The translations under genes were made by a program, and so were the position numbers. A stretch of DNA of 63,523 nt, the filler included, from Octopus bimaculoides (lineage: Eukaryota): NCBI RefSeq assembly GCF_001194135.2. It is 6 parts of 6 records of this genome, joined end to end, with 100 filler letters (N's around TTAATTAATTAA, not from the genome) between each part and the next. Parts side by side here need not be neighbours in the genome. Positions count along the whole stretch, not along the records: positions 62,320 to 63,523 come from NC_068982.1; 5 more parts are not named here. The stretch is one strand, 5' to 3'. This document shows, in pieces, positions 62,320 through 63,523 of this stretch. A model generated the notes under the pieces. The model did no database searches. It saw only the letters and a list, made by a program, of their open reading frames with translations, and was not told the DNA's origin. The first letter of the stretch is position 1; every line of letters starts with the position of its first letter.

Positions 62320-62608
62320 GCGAAAACACCTAAAGCTCCACGAGGCTCCTGCAGGGGATGGTGGCGAACCCTGCTGTACTCTTTCACCACAACTTTCTCT
62401 CACTCTTACATCCTGTTTCTGTTGTGCCTGTGATTCAAAAACCAGCCTTGTCACATTGTGTCACGCTGAATATCCCCGAGAATTACGTTAAGGGTACACG
62501 TGTCTGTGGAGTGCTCAGCCACTTGCACGTTAATTTCACGAGCAGGCTGTTCTGTTGATTGGATCAACTGGAACCCTCGACGTCGTAAGCGACGGAGTGC
62601 CAACAAAC
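62320..62608 (+). mobile_element. SINE: head D (5' part in gap) + tail Y
   Basis: Near-identical to the reverse complement of 40090-40380. Confidence 0.88.
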
Positions 62609-62733
62609 AACATATATATATAGATATAATATATAATACATACAAAATGTATAATTCTATTAGTGTGTTTAAATGATGGGTCGAAGCATGTTTTATATAA
62701 TAAATGTCTAATACGAAATCTATCTCCTGGTAT

Positions 62734-62767
<34 letters not shown>

Positions 62768-63089
62768 CTGGTATTTATTCAATCGATTATAATATACTGA
62801 ACCACTAAGTTATATACAAACCAACAGCAGTTGTGTAGCGACGAGAAAGAAACGCAAACACATACTCATACACGTCCCTTGGTTGACGTAGGTTGACTTA
62901 GGGTTGTAAGCAGAAGTCACTTACCTAATGTGGTGCCAAGCAATTGGACTAAACCCGAAACAACGTGGCTGGGAATCGAACTTCTTCACCATTCACCCTT
63001 GCTACGCTAATGCATATATGTGTGTGTGTGTGTGAGTGTGTGTGTGTGTGTGTGTGTATTATGCGCGTGCGCCTGTGTGTTTGTATGTA

Positions 63090-63470
63090 TCTTTTATCTT
63101 TTACTTGCTTCAAGCTGTGGCCATGCTGGAGAACCGCCTTGAAGAATTTTTAGTCGAATGAATGAATCGATCCCAGTATTGATTCGTCTAAAAAGTCTGG
63201 TGCTTATTCTATCGGGCTCCTTTGCCGAACCGCTAGGTTATGGGAACACAAATGCACCAACACCGGTTGTCAAGCAGTGTGGTGGTGGTGGTGGTGGTTT
63301 TGGTGGGAACAAACATAGACACAAAGACACACGACGGGTTTCTTTCAATTTCCACCCACCATATCCAATCATAAGGCTTTGGTTTGCACGAAGCTGTAGT
63401 AGAAGACACTTACCCAAGTTACCAAAGAGTGGCAATGAACCCAGACCACAAAGCCACGCCTCTATGTAAG
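63090..63470 (-). mobile_element. SINE family A, diverged
   Basis: ttttacttgcttcaagctgtggccatgctggagaaccgcc...tttgccgaaccgctagg...gtagaagacacttacccaag. Confidence 0.8.
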
Positions 63471-63490
63471 TTTCTTAAATATCTATCTTT

Positions 63491-63523
<33 letters not shown>

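Noticed and set aside
3110-63435. Long ORFs in the track rich in X, YI, CV, HT, LS, poly-V/I/L/M/T/G
   Set aside because: They are translations of N gaps and di-, tri- or tetranucleotide microsatellites, not genes.

Overview
Animal genomic DNA: AT-rich, gappy, packed with microsatellites and transposable-element (TE) debris. The SINE, LINE and MITE content looks like a cephalopod, most likely Octopus (inference, no database search). I could not support any host protein-coding gene, tRNA, rRNA or CRISPR array; nearly all long ORFs in the track are microsatellite or N-gap artefacts. Recognisable content: many tRNA-derived SINEs in four head types (my labels A-D), four mariner remnants, pogo/Tigger and hAT remnants, decayed LINEs of three kinds (RTE, CR1/L2-group, R4/Dong with RLE), a probable Penelope-type inverted terminal repeat with a hammerhead-like motif, and several long foldback elements. 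Best observations: (1) the SINE-A 3' end matches the 3' end of a CR1/L2-group LINE, including a compensatory base-pair change in the terminal stem-loop; (2) two SINE heads and two SINE tails occur in all four combinations; (3) a CpG-depleted block at about 41.9-61.0 kb, suggesting a methylated gene body, is bounded by unsized assembly gaps; (4) a three-level SINE > mariner > RTE nest. I found no evidence for a wholly new coding system. Repeat boundaries are by eye and approximate.
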